Source: Phoronis australis (lineage: Eukaryota > Animalia > Phoronida). From it: a stretch of 64,000 nucleotides of DNA. The stretch lies in NCBI GenBank assembly GCA_002633005.1, contig NMRA01000358.1, positions 1-64,000 of the forward strand, written 5' to 3'. How positions within the stretch are numbered: the stretch's first letter is position 1; each line of letters opens with the position of its first letter. The position numbers were made by a program, and so were the translations under genes. Positions 13,701-28,700 of the stretch are shown in pieces. The notes beneath the pieces were generated by a model. That model was not told the DNA's origin and did not search any database. It worked only from the letters and a program-made list of their open reading frames with translations.

Positions 13701-16700
13701 CAGATAAATGCAGACATTGAGAGAGCTGGACTATGCAAACATTGGTTTACCAACTTTCTTTCCTTTCTATCACTGTCAAACTGATGACAACACGGCTGTA
13801 TCCCGAGTTTGCGATCTGCAAAATCAGGAATCTCACCCATAGGGCGGGGGCATAATGTATTACACTGAAGAAACAAAAATCATTCATTTTATTTCTTTGT
13901 TAATTTTCTGTATTTCTTGATTGATAAGGTTTTCATTGTGTCCACATTTTCCCTAGTTTTTTCAAGTTCCGTTACGAGCATCATTTGGTGGTGGGCCGAT
14001 TTCTGTAGTGTTGTCATGTACACCATGAAAATGAAGTGAATTGTTCTTGGAAAGTGAACCCATGCACTGAAATTGGAACGTTATACAAAAATTACAAAAA
14101 TATGTAGAAAACCGTCAAAGAAAAATATCATAATTATGGCATCTATAACAATTATTTTTAAGCAAACTGAACAGTTTTTATTCCACTTTTTGTGTGCTCA
14201 GGTAAATAAAATATTGTTTTAATTACATAGTTCTCCTTAAAGTATGTTAGTCATTGGCACAGCCAATATACTGCAAATTTATAATGTTAACGATTTTCAC
14301 TTATAAAATCCATGCTGGTTGTTATTAATGTGTATTACAGTAGTGTGCAAAGTAAGTGAACAAGTTCACTCGGTCAGTCTCTTGCAACAAGTTCACACGG
14401 TCAGTCTCTTGCAACAAGTTCACACGGTCAGTCTCAATCCGCAGGTCCCACGCAGTGTGATAAGAACAATGGTGGATGTCAGTTTATCTGTCTGCCAGTT
14501 GGACAGAAGGATGTGAAATGTCACTGCACGCATGGACGCAGACTACTGCAGGATGCTAAGAACTGTACAATAGGTACGTAGTGTGTTTAATAATGACTAT
14601 AGAGTCGTTGGAAACGGAGACAAGAGAGGCGAGGNGCTCTGAGACACCAAGGGCTCTGAGACACCAAGGGTCCTGTCATACCAAGGGTCCTGTCATACCA
14701 AGGGTCCTGTCACAACAAGGGGTGTGTCACATCAAGTGGTCTGTCTCACCAAGGGGCCTGTCTCACCATGGGGTCTGTCTCACCAAGGGGTCTGTCTCAC
14801 CAAGGGGTCTGTCTCACCAAGGGGTCTGTCTCACCAAGGGGTCTGTCTCACCAAGGGGTCTGTCTCACCAAGGGGTCTGTCTCACCAAGGGGTCTGTCTC
14901 ACCAAGGGGTCTGTCTCACCAAGGGGTCTGTCTCACCAAGGGGTCTGTCTCACCAAGGGGTCTGTCTCACCAAGGGGTCTGTCTCACCAAGGGGTCTGTC
15001 TCACCAAGGGGTCTGTCTCACCAAGGGGTCTGTCTCACCAAGGGGTCTGTCTCACCAAGGGGTCTGTCTCACCAAGGGGTCTGTCTCACCAAGGGGTCTG
15101 TCTCACCAAGGGGTCTGTCTAATCTGGTAAATTAATCATTTGTTTCATGATAGGTCGGTACAACCATGGTACCAGTCTACTGTACAATACGTACATATCA
15201 AGCGCCACCCGTATCAACGGTATCGAGTTTCACCCCGACAAGTGGTTCGACGCCCCGTATGTGCCCAGACCATTTTACATGTACGGCTATGGGTTGAACC
15301 TTTATGACATGGACCTGTACTATGCCAAGAAGAGCATAGTAGCATTCGACCGTGAAGAGAAGCGCATTGTGTCGATATCTATGGATGGAACAGAGAAGAT
15401 AGACACCATTTATGACGGTGGGAGTTTTTGTTATTTTGACTGCATCTGATTAAAAACATGACAGTCACTGTATTTTCCGTTATACAGCTTGATCGACATA
15501 CAGTTGCTCATACTCTCTGCAGTTTACTATCTTTTTGTGTGCAATTGTAAAGCAAATTGCCACTAAACATTACAAAAACTCATGTAATGTCTAGTCGTGG
15601 CAGTTTGATTTTTTACAACTGAACACGGGAAATTGTACACTGTCAGAGAGAATGAGCGAGATTATGTACTGCTGTCCAACATATATTACAGTTGTGTTTT
15701 CAATTGAGTTAATGTAAGGCTACTACCAAAGTCTAATTATCACTGATTATAAATTATTTGGATGCAAGTTTTTGTGGATAATGTCTTTATGTCTCATACT
15801 CTGTGTTGTCCTATAGCTAGTACCCACATTGCGATATTAGAGTGTCATTTTATATACTGTGTTGTGCAGGTTGTTGCATAAAACTGTTTCATCACTTGTT
15901 GTTATTGTATCACCTTTTGCTTTAATATCTTTTAAATGGCACTGCAGCATTCTCATGTGACTGGTTGTCAAACTGCATCACTATTCATTTGTGTCCAGCA
16001 CAGTACCGAGGTAGTGTATCGTAAATGGAGAGATGTTTGTCAAATCCAGAACAAGTTCAGTTGTGCTTCACGTGACTTCTATTTCTCTTCTATAGGTACA
16101 TCCAATGAAGTCCACGGCGTTGCTGTCGACTGGGTGCATGGAAATGTCTATTGGACGGACACTGCTTACAACTGGATCATGATGGCGAAACTTGAGCCTG
16201 ACACCAAGTTTTACCGAGCTGTAGTTGACACTAACCTGGAGAAACCCTGGGGAATTGCAGTGCATCCGATGAAGGGGTAAGTGCCAGTGGATTTTGTGTT
16301 GGGGACTGATTGAAAGGTGGCTCCCCCTGTCTAGACACGACCAAAACATGCCTACATGTTGTTTCTTGGGCTTTCACAACAGTTTGTCATTAGAATGTGT
16401 GGTGTTATCCTCATTACATCCAAAATCTGCCTGTGAGGTGACCTCCTTCATGACATCTAAGATCTGCAAGTGAAGTGACCCCCCTCATGGCATCCAAGAT
16501 CTACCTGTGAGGTGTCTTCCGTCACGACATCCAAGATCTGCGTGTAAGGTGACCTTCCTCACGACATCCGAGGTCTGCCTGTGATGTGACCTCCTTCATG
16601 TTGCTGGCTGAATGCGTACTAGACTGATTTGTTCTGACTGTGCTTTGTACTGTTGCGTTTACTCCATGAAATAACCAGTGTAACATATTTCCTCTCTCTT

Positions 16701-19700
16701 GTCAGGTATATTTTCTGGGCCGACAATATAAACAGTGATGACCTCTACAAATCTCGTAAAATTGAGCGCTCGGATTTGGACGGAAACGTGCGTGTTGCCA
16801 TCGTAACATCAAGACTTTACAGTCCTCAAGCCCTGACCATCGATTATGAAGGTGACAGGTAAGCTGGTCTACACAGTTATGGAGTTCCACGGTATCGTCT
16901 ATTCATAGTTTTTGTTTATTACCCAGCTGTAATTTTGTGACTGACTTAGAAACCATCGTTAAGTACAGTAGTTCTAGTTTTTATTTTTAAAAAAGTAAAC
17001 TTCCATTGTTCGAGTGACTGTGATTTTGTGACGTAAACTATGACCTCATTTTGTGACAACATGTGCTTCAGACCTGCCAAGGGGGTATAACAACTTTGGT
17101 GGGGGTTTGGTTTAAATTTTGCTTGAGATTGGACAAATTTGCTCAAATTTTGCTTGAGGTTCCTGGCGATATCTTCACGAAATATCAAACTTTATATATC
17201 CTACAATATAAGACTTAACTTGTCATATTACATTAATTTTATTTCATGAAAACGATATTACATCGTCTTTATAATAAAGAGTACCCATGATAATGCCAAT
17301 ACAACTGAGTAGGTCTTTGACTAGTCATTGCAAGATGGACATCACTCAATTGTCATTGTGATTGGCTAATCAGTAACACTAGGTGGCAGAGTTCTTCGCA
17401 CTTCACTCGACTCATCGTCAACCCCGCTAAGGATCATATAACCACGATATAAGCGTAGAAAACTAGGTTTTTGAAAATTTATGACCAAAAAATTCATTTT
17501 GCGTGAGATAGCTTTAGATTCACATGTGTGTGTGTGAGGCAGTGGCCAAATGCGTGAGACTCACGCGAGATTCGTGAGACTTAGCAGGTCTGGTGCTTTG
17601 ACCTCATTTTGTGACAATTACTGTGTGTTGTGACCTCACTTTACCTAAGACTTTCATGTAAAAAGTGTGATTTGCAGGATAAATACTTATAAAATAACTC
17701 ATCACAGTTTTCTACGAAGTCATGAGACCATACGTGGTCAGCACCCCCAGCAAAAGTCCAACCGCCCCCCTTATTCATTGTTGGACCAGAATGCCGTTAC
17801 TTAATTGATAATACTGTTGCATTCAACACTATGCAATGTTGAATAGAACCAGTCAGGTGATAGAGACATTGTCCAATCACAGTTCAGTTCCCACTGCTAA
17901 GCACTTCCGTTCTGTGTAGCCATTACAAGACTATGGCACACATAGGGCCTCATTGAATACACACTAAAGAAAATACAGATCATAGTACGTAATTGTACAC
18001 CTTTGATTTATCACCTTGTGACCTCATCGACAGAACAATACAACAACCAATCATGTTGTCAATTTTCATCCGTGGCGAAGAAGAGCGTCAAAGTTGTCTT
18101 TTGAAAATTTTAGGGAAGAGGTTATTGGGTGTAAATGAAGGATGAGCTAGCTTGTTCACCATCTGATGCATGACACAATGAGCGTGTTCACTATCTGATG
18201 TACCATAAACAGCAATGTACCCTTTTCAGAGTCTGCTTCACAAACTTGGCGATGGTAGAATGTGTTAACTACACTGGTGGCGAGAGAACAACGGTGCTCC
18301 GTCTGAACTCATACGGCACACACTTCACGGGCATGACGTTCTATCATGTAAGGCATATCTTACACTCATTATAGAAAAATATTCACAAATGGCATTCATG
18401 AGATAAATAAGACTAGTATAGAATGACGCTACTGAATATGCTTACTCTCACTAGAAGAATCTAACTGCTGAATCTAATAATCTTTTTCTCTCGAAATCAA
18501 ACTTGAACATAATGCAGTGTTTAAATCATTACCTCTTTCACATAAGGCCTAAGTGTCATCGTTAGCCCCATCTCGATACCTGTCTTCATAATACTGAGGT
18601 TCGTTCTCTAAGTCTTCATTACTTGCAAAATCTGCCATTGCTGTCAACTTATCAATGTCTTCCACTGATGACATCACGCGCTGGAAATACAAAGAATCTT
18701 TAATTTTCCTTTAAAATTTAAAATTCTTCAATCAAGTCCCAAAATAAGTGTTTCTTCAGTTAAAGTTCAATTGTCCCACACCAACTAAAACCTCAAAAAG
18801 TGAAAAAATCTACAGTAGGAACGCCTGATGAATGCTGGAGTCATCAGCTATCCACGTAAAACATAATATACTTGGGTGCAATATAATAGACACTAATCTT
18901 GAGTAGAACAAAAAAAATTAAAGATAAAAATGTTAATGAGTTCTATTTCGAGTAAACTGGTTATATTGTAGATCCTGGTCATTTACTTAGTCACCTAATG
19001 CTGTATCAGCGTAAAAACACTAAGCTTTCTTTCTGGATATGTGGTAACCATAGCAATGAGAGGAGACAGTGTGGCCTAGTGTGATGGATGCCCGCTTTCT
19101 ATTCCTGAGGTTGTGGGTTCGAGTCCCACTTGATCACACCGCTAAACCCTTGAGTCTGGTCTGTGGCTCCTCAGCTCGGTTTTAACCATCAGTGCAATGG
19201 GCCCACGTGCACAGCCTGCGCATGTGACGTACAAGGTGTATCATACAGCCTGCATTTATTTTTTATAAGTAACCATGATCATTATAATTACACTGAAAGA
19301 TACCGAGGTTTAAGTTCCAATTGATTGGTTAATCAGAGATGTCCCTGTTGGACAGCAGTCTTAGTCTATTACATCCTTGAAATATCTCAACAGAAGTGCT
19401 CTAAAATATGAATACTTAAGAATATTGTTTTATTGTAAACTAATGATATTTGTATATTCCAGAAATCTCAGTTTCTTTTACATGGCATATGTATTAGGAA
19501 ATTCAATACAGCAGTTGACTCTTATTGCTGAGAAACGATAAATGGACTTTTCAGACACTTCACACCGGATTGTCTCACATCCTCCACAGGGAGAGCTCTT
19601 TGTTCAAATCGGACACAAGTGGCAGATCAGTTTTGCTCATATATCCCCAATATCTTGGTTAAAGCTGCAAAAACTGACTCTTTTAGGTGCTGTACTTGGC

Positions 19701-22700
19701 AAAGCAAACTTTGGGATTCTTCGTGGTAGTAGAAATATACTATTGGTGCCTAGTAAAACCACATGGTCAGTGGTATGGATAATATAGTACGATGTAACCA
19801 CACACAATACAGTGCAATACAATACAGATGCAACCACACACAATACAGTACAGTACAACACAGATGTAACCAGACACAATGCAGTACAGCACAGATGTAA
19901 CCAGACACAGTTCAGTACAACACATATGCAACCAGACACAGTTCAGTACAAAACAGATGTAACCAGACACAGTACAGTACAACACAGATGTAACCAGACA
20001 CAATGCAGTACAACACAAATGTAACCAGACACAGTGCAGTACAACACAGATGTAACCAGACAGAGTACAGTACAACACAGAAGTAACCAGACACAGTGCA
20101 GTATGACACAGATGTAACCAGACACAGCACAGTACAACACAGATGTAACCAGACACAGTGCAGTACAACACAGATATAACCAGACACAGTGCAGTACAAC
20201 ACAGATGTAACCAGATACCATGCCATTTTTCCATCATTACCATTCAACAAATATGGCTGGTAATAACAGTTGGTGGCGGAATTCTAATTGCAGAATGGCT
20301 TAGCTACCGCACTAGCTTTTTCCTCATTCAGTTTTGAGGGAAGATTACTGCGACAAGAAATATGGCCTCAGCCCAATCGCCATTTTGTGTGAATGCTTTA
20401 ATTGTCGTGTACTTTTACCTCTACAAAGTCATACATAGTCAGGTAACATGATCTTGAAATAGCAACCCCATCTTGGGCGCGAACACTTTCTGCAATCTAT
20501 GCTCTAGATCTCTGGGCGCCTGCATGGATTGCGGAGGGTTCCGAGTTAGTGCCAAAGGTGGAGCAAAAATCTTCGAGCCTATAATTACTAAGCCAGGTGT
20601 TGTGACTAATTATCAACTCAGTGATGACCATAACATGAAAACTATCATTGACTTTTTATTGTCACCAGTCAGTCTTTTTTCTGTTTGTGAAATCAACATA
20701 ACAGAGAAACCGGCCGTGCTATTGGTCTTTCTTCATGTTATACTATGGTGTAGAATTTACATGTCGTGAACACATCCACTAAAACAAGAAACTGTAGGAA
20801 CACCGCATTTATCCACCTTCACTCTTATCAGGCTAGAAATAAAGTGGTTAACGAGTTTCTGACTTTTCAGGGCTACCTGTTCATTGCGGACTATAGGTCA
20901 TCTGCATACTTCAGTCCACGCCTCATATTTTGGCGAATTCGTGATCGGAGTGGTTTTTACATGTCGACTACATACAAAACCCATGGCGTTGTCATGTACG
21001 CTGAAGACCGTCAGCCCAAGCAACCTAATGGTAGGCATTGTAATGGAGTGGACAGAGAGACATCTACTATAAATTATTGTTGCGGGTTGCCGTAGGTAAC
21101 GGGCTCGCCATTCAAACATAGTTGTGTTAAGTGCCTCACTATAATCCTCGAGATCTCACCTACTCGACGTTTCTCCATTGCTGTGTTCCTGAAAACTGTC
21201 AATGGAAGTGGTTAGCGACTGCCTTTATTAACTAATCAGACATGTTCTGTAGAAACGCATTTCTTGTTGAAGTTAATGTGTTATATATGACACTCAAAAA
21301 ATGTCCAAATTTAGATTTACACGAAACTTTCATGTCTAGTGCTTTATGCGCTGTTCCTACTAAATAGTTTTAGGAATAATATCTTCCACTTTTGCTTGAG
21401 GGTCTTGGTTTTGTTCACAAAAAATGCGGATTCGTATGGTAGCTTGGCTTGTAGTTTGCAATGACGCAAGACCATCGGGCAAAAATACGCATGTTCAGAG
21501 CAGATTATTTACCAAGTTGTTACTCTCTTGGTGATAAGCTATTTGTAGAAATGAAAAAAGATGTCAGATTAGAAATATGTTATAACTAAAAACGTGAGCC
21601 GCGATGTTGGAAACTTGATCCGATTCTTTCTAGGTATAGAAACTCAAAGGTAATCGACGAATCACAAGGCTTCTTCTATTGATATTCGTCACCACCATCC
21701 TAAACTATAAGTAATGACTTCTGTGGTTGGCGAATCATTTACTTGTTTAATTTTGGCTAAATACATACCATCTTTATGATGGCAAAGCATTAGAGGATGT
21801 GAAGAAAATATGTTTTGAAAGAAAAGAACATCAGTCTGTTTTTACCAGGTTATTCCTTGATCTGGCAATGTCTTATTGAAGGGATTTATATTGCAAGTTG
21901 TGTAGTGCAATGTCTTATTGAAGGGATTCATATTGCAAGTTGTGTAGTGCAATGTCTTACTGAAGGGATCGTGGAATTTATATTGCAAGTTGTGTAGTGC
22001 ATTGTTTTCATGTGAATATTGTGGCCGCTGATTTTGCGGCACGTCGAACCATCGGCGTCTGTCAAGATTTTTTGATAGGTAATACGATGGTATGTGTTTA
22101 TAGACACTTTCAATGAACAATTATTCCAAACTTTTAGGAACATGTCGTTTGATGTCAGGCATTGTCCAGTGCAGTTTAATGAGCACTTGTTTACAGAATA
22201 TGCTTGTTTTTGGTTTAAGACGCGAGTGATCACGAGAATATATTACCATTGCAGCTTGTAATTACATAATTATGTAACTTTAGTATGGAATGTTTCTATT
22301 GACTAGCCATATCTTTTCACTGCTGTGAGCGCAGTCTACTAACTAAACTAATTTTGAAAATTTGTTAAAATCACCAGGTGTATTAAATTGTTTCAAAGGT
22401 AAATAACTGGGAAAAGCACCAACTTAACACAATTTCAGTACGCTAGCATGGTGAAAAGATCGGATTAATTTTGCAAAAATCTGCAAATGTACTGGACAAT
22501 TTGCAACTCTGGTGACTAAATTACTCAAATGCAGTTTTGATGGTACACAGGTCTAATAAGACATGGTCACGGGACCCAGATAATGGCACATTGGCATAAA
22601 ATCAAACATCTAATTATAGAAGTTTTCTACTTTGAGAATGTAAATGATATTACTGAATTAATAGTTTTGATACATATTTGGCTCTATTTAGCCTAGCAGA

Positions 22701-25700
22701 TTATGAGTCCCTGCATAACCTTAAACTCTTAAGATGTTGAAATTAACAATCGCAGTCAGAGTTGGCATTATTAACCAAACACCACAGAAAGAAAATGAAG
22801 CTGTTTGAAAGTTCCCAGGAGCGTGTTTGGCATGTCTGTAAGTTGCGATGACTACCATCGTCATGGAGATTTTCAAAGTCATGTGTAATTAACATTACTC
22901 AACTCTATTTCAGTTTGTTTCAATAAAGGTTGTGCAGGACTGTGTGTAAGGACTACGCAGGGGACTCACTCCTGTCTGTGTCAGGAAGGATTCATGCTGG
23001 ACAACGATAAAAGGAATTGCATGGGTAGGCTGGACGTCTTTATTACAGCAGACTTTGAGACTTTGTCTAATTTAATGAACATCAAAGGTCATAAAACGTG
23101 TGCAATCCATTCACTCATTCGCGACATCTTGAAAATAGTTACGCCAAGAAACTTAAACAATACAGAAGCAATCATGTAAAAGTAGCCATTATTAGGCACA
23201 GCGTTAGTAAAAATGAGTGTGCCTATAGTCGAATTAATGTATGAGTCTCTGCAAAGGACATTAGCTGGGATTGTATGCAAAACTTAGGCACATGCGACAA
23301 TATGCAAAACACTTGGATAAAAGAGACCACGGAAAAAGGCATTATTTCGTATATGTACTGTTATTAGGCTTATGAGCCAAAAGCCAGTGCAATCCTGATA
23401 GTCTGTCAGCTACACAATACATGCCTTCCTTAGAGGTCGTTTTCAGATGATATATCAACTACTTTGCAGCAAAGGAAAGTAAAAACAAGGTTGACATTTC
23501 TAAGTTTGTAAGTGCAAAGATAGTAAAAAACTAACGCTTTATAAAAGTTTTGTATATTAAGGTTGTTGAACCATAACGTGTTGCAGAAGTCTCCAAGCCG
23601 ACCGGGCCATTTTACGCCATCTCCTATGGCTCTCAAGTGGCCCTGGTTCCCACAACCAACACATTGGACAAGACATTCATATTAAGCAATGACTTTCCTA
23701 ATCCAGTAAATAAAAACTGGACTCGCGTTGATTCCAACTTCTACCAGGAGGCGCTGTACCTCGTGAACTCTGCTGCGGACACCATCGACTTGATGAAAAT
23801 CAACGATATGAATTCCGTGACAAGTGTGGTGAAAAATGTTGCTAACGTGACAGGTAGGTGGCTCATTTTTGTTCAACTCATTAAAAGTTTGTTAGCCCAA
23901 CTTTGCTGCTCAATAGGTGGCGTAACATTGTACACATCCTGCAGTTGAGAGTACTGCACTGGGAAAAAAACTCAAATGTTTTACTGATCTCTTATAATCC
24001 GAGTATAGAACAAATTGAGTACAATTTTCTAAATGACTTTGCAATAATAGACCAGGCAGTAACAACAAAGGAGCTTAAAATTCGTGAGGTTTTACATATC
24101 AGTTGGTGCAAGCCCAATCTCAATAGGCAACTGACACACCACAGGTTGTCATTGTTGGTATAGTTCACTGTCACTCCCTGTAACTGACTGTATCTGTGCT
24201 TCATTACTTGTTGCTGGGCCTAGCTAGGTGGCCACTGTATTATGACTTCTGAGGATGGTGTTTAATAAATGACACCGAAACATGTCAAGTTTTAAATCCG
24301 TTGTTGTTTTCGTGAGTACAATTTTATGGTAGTATATGGCCTAATTCAAAATTTGGATTTTTGATTTCGTATTTGTAATTTAGTGCGTATCTATGTTGTA
24401 AGCAAGACAGTGGAAACCCACCCTTAGTCTCTGCAAACTTTCAAGTGAACAAACATATCTGTCTCGTCTCATTTCAGACCTTTCTGTTGACTGGGTCAGC
24501 AACACCCTGTATTGGTTGGATGGGTTTTATGGGCAAGTGTGGATTTCCAAGCTGGATGGCACCTTCCAGACCCTGTTGATTGACGGCCTGAAAAAGCCCA
24601 CCAGCATAGCGGTGGACCCCATTAACAAGTGAGTGATGTTTTGTGTGCATGTTCTGTCTTATAGTTTCTATTCTGACCATGTAGCATTGTGTATGGGATG
24701 TACATCTTGGATTGAATTTTCCATGGGTGTATTCCCTATTCAAAGCTGCGATTCATCCCTGTTTAGCGGTCAATGTTGAATTATTGATTGATGCACAATT
24801 GGGTTTAAAATGATACTATACTCATGTGATCTTGTATTGTTGAGTTACTTGGTCATTCAAGTCACTGCATGGCAATGCGTACATGCACCATTTTCGAATC
24901 TGGTATTGATGTTCTTGATGGTAACAGGTAAATAGACTGCTGTCACGGTAAGGATTATTGTGAGAATGATTTTATGAGAATAAATTAGGCCCCGGCGATT
25001 CAATTTTTTATCCAGCTAAACAGGGTGCATGTATGCAGATTTGCTCTCGCATTCCGCTCAGTATCTTAGTTCAGCATCCGTCCGTAAGTTGGGGTAGGTT
25101 ACTGTGGATGGCCACTTAGCAAGTGTGCAGCAGTTTGTTTACATTTGTTCAACAACTTTGCATTTGAATTACCGTAGTGATAAGCCGTCTGGCTGTCTGT
25201 GAATGGAATGTGCCTGAGCATTCGGTTATTTCAGCTGTTGCATTTTTCTCATTTAATTTTGATAGTTAATTTTGAATTATCTCATGTCGACCACAACGGT
25301 ATGTTTTTGGTCAAAATAGACTCACATTTGCCAAAGATACGCCTGCGTATACAAACAAGGTACACATTCTCGTGGATTTAATGCGCATAAAGTTAATGTT
25401 TTTGCATTTCCTTTATTGCTGTAGGCTTTAGAGTGATTTTTTTAATTGTCATGACAAGATTTTTTTGTATAACCGTTTGCTTTCCAGAAAATGTTAGGCA
25501 TTACTAATTAGCGTGCACAAATTTGACAAATAAAGATGTAGGTGTAAAGGAGTCCTTATCAATAATTGGATTTATTGTTATGGGACTCCTGATAGTGGAA
25601 TAAATAAAATTTTAACACCAAGCATCACTATACCAAGAAACAGAGCTAGTAGTACAGATGTTACAGACACTCTCTGCACACTTAAAAATAGTTCCATTGA

Positions 25701-28700
25701 AGAACACCACTGTCTGTGACCTGTCATACAGAATTCTCATGCTGGGTCTCAGTTAACAGTTGTGTAAACAACCTAGTACCCTTTTGAACTGAGCTCAGAC
25801 CCTGAGTGAAACGCGGGCATTAGATTCATTTTGCAATTAATGCTTTTGTCAACACATGACTCTATCATACAGTCTGTAATGCCTGCCAGTTGACAACCTT
25901 ACACAAAACATGGCTTACACTGTTCCAAGTAGTTTAGAACTCTGAAGGAGTTTGACAAAACAGGAGGCAACACTATAATGATGTCTAGTGAATTTCACTT
26001 CTGCATGTGTATTGAATTTCTTTTCAATACTGGCAACACATTGCCTACCGAAGGTCAGGCGACCGTTTTGTTGGTACACCACGAAAAATCTAAATTTTTT
26101 TTGAAACTTATTCCATTTAATTCTGGTTATTTGATTACATGTTGAAAGAACATTTAATGCAGAATAAGTTGAAACTAAGATTGGTATGTTGACATTATCC
26201 ATTCCATGAAGTGTGTAATTTGACTGAAAGCAAGATGATGTGTAGTATATTCGACCTATGACCTTTTGATGCATTATGAGCTCTGATTGGTTGCCTCCTG
26301 TGTGCTGTGAATATGCAGTGTAGGGCCGTGACCGACTTGTTCTTGTTTCAGATATCTGTACTACACAGTCAGTGGTGTCGGCATCAAGCGGTCACACATG
26401 GACGGCACCAATTCCATCACCTTTAACCCTACAGCAAACCCCATACGGAGTCTGTCCGTTGACTATTTGGATCGGCGGTAAGTTGTGGTTCCTTTGTGGT
26501 TCAGTTAGAGAATGACCAATTGTTTTGGGTCTGAGAGTACATCATTGCCTAATGTCTATATAACATTGCACCAATATGGTGTCTGTATGTATGTATGGCT
26601 AATGCCATCTACAATAGGTGGACCCCAACTCTGTGTATTTTCATTGGATGAAATCTGTGATTGTACGCACAAGCCGTAATGTCACTATTCCCTAGCAGCT
26701 CGTGGTCTTACTTGTGGCTAGTTTGTCATCTGCTTTCCACGGTTAATTCTTGTGTTGCCGGTTGCCCGACTACACAATGGAAACGCTGTTTAACTGGTCA
26801 AAAGCCAGTTGTTGGGATTCGGATAAGCGATTTCGCAGAACTGAACTCCCAAGTTTAAATTTTTTTGAACGCTCATGATTGCCAAATAAAACTAATATCT
26901 GCTGATCTAGATACAACCAGTGTTCTCTACAAATTATAACGACAGTCTGCTTGGATTTGAAAAGCAGTTACACACTCCACTGGATGTTTACTTTTGGATG
27001 AGCGCAGAAGTTCAAAACACATGCCACAAAAAAGCGATGGCACCTTAGATCATTGACATATAGGCTATAAGTGGGTGTGAAGGTTGCTTTTGTTTAAAAA
27101 TGAGACCAAACTTTTATTTACGGACAAAAGAAGTGATAACTTGTCTCCAAAATAATGTTCTCGTTTTTTAATTTCATGTTTTTACTTACTATAAAACAGA
27201 AAATCTTCACGCGATTTTTAAGGAGACCAAACCCCCTCTAAACAATGCACCCATCATTATACGATTTATCAAAGGAGTTTCGTGTGCAAAACATAATAGA
27301 ATTTTTTAATGAATAGTTGGAATCACAACTGGCAAATTTCGGCGTGAATTATTCAGTGGTTCATTTAATGACCATTCCACACTATACCTAAAGCTCACTA
27401 ACACTACAACCAACGGCCCTTTGAAAGCCTGCTTAACACTTCTCAGAAAGTGAGCATTTAATCAACAGACAAATGTTAGACAAGCAATTTCCTTGTTGTG
27501 GGATGTTTTTAAGCCAAACTTGTTTTACAGATTAATGACTTTTGTTAAGTAATTATTTTTTGTATTCTTTAATACTCTATGTAATTTGTGCACAAGTACT
27601 GTTTTGTAATTTCGTTAATAACTTTGAATCCAATACTGTTCTGAGTGAGTGTATGCAAGTAGGCAGCAAAATCAGTCAGTGCTAGAGTTCAAATTTTTGC
27701 TATTGTATGAACTATACATTGCCAAAATATTCTCAATACCAAGAGTTTTACTAAAGGAAGAAGCTGAACGTCGTGTCATTGCTGAAATTATTTTGTTTTG
27801 TTGTAAAATTGAGGCAGGAGTTCCCTGCCCCACTAACTGGATGGTGAGTATGGTATTTGAGGGAGTGGCACCTCCTATTGGATATCCCATAGGAGTGGCG
27901 CCTCCTGTGGGATATCCCATAGCAAAATGCTGGAGTTGCGAATCTGTTGGCTATGATTTATTGGGCCATGAGCACTGAAAAAGAATGATGGTGCTGTGAG
28001 ATTAAAGATTTCTTAGAGCATAGTATAACTGCATAACTACAGCCAAAAATATTGATCATATCTAGACTGAATTGCCTACTTGATTATATGTTTAGATTTT
28101 GTGTGGCCTGACTCATGCTACTGTTACTATGAAGTATGTTTATAATATCTGGGCCGAGTTACTGGTAACAGTGTGTAAGGCATATGTAGGCTAATTAAGT
28201 TATTGGGTAACTATGAAGCTGTGATTATTCTGTATGGACTGATTTCTGTTAACTATTGAGTGTGTTTTTCATGTGCAAGCTGAATTTCTGTATAACTATA
28301 ATGTTTATCATATCATTGTTTGAGTTGTTGTGTAACTATACATTATTAAGTATCTGGATAACTGAATGAAACATTGTTTTTTAGTCTCTACTATGTGTCG
28401 ACCTATATTCACTACTCCAAACTGGACTCAATCCCTCACCGAAGATCGTTCAAAATCTCTTCCTTCATACCGATCGCTGTAACGACATTTCAGGTATTAC
28501 AACGAAAGGTGTCATTGTGTTTATGCCACTGTGAAATCATAGAGGTCTCTTCTTGCAGTGCTGTTGCTTCAGAATCTCACTACATGAAGGCATCATATGA
28601 TTTCCCTGTTCTTTACATGCAGTGGTTTTAGGGATGCGTAATTTTCAACACTGTTGTCTCCACAAAGTGATGCAATTCCACGTCATCTTCCTGTTTGTAA

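Noticed and set aside
14581-15135. Three overlapping long ORFs with 17-aa periodicity
   Set aside because: They are translations of a stop-free 17-bp minisatellite inside an intron.
19062-19135. Possible tRNA gene
   Set aside because: A and B boxes are present, but I found no convincing acceptor stem and it runs into a SINE-like tail.
19637-20250. Cys/Val-rich ORFs on both strands
   Set aside because: Artefacts of the 31-bp tandem repeat.
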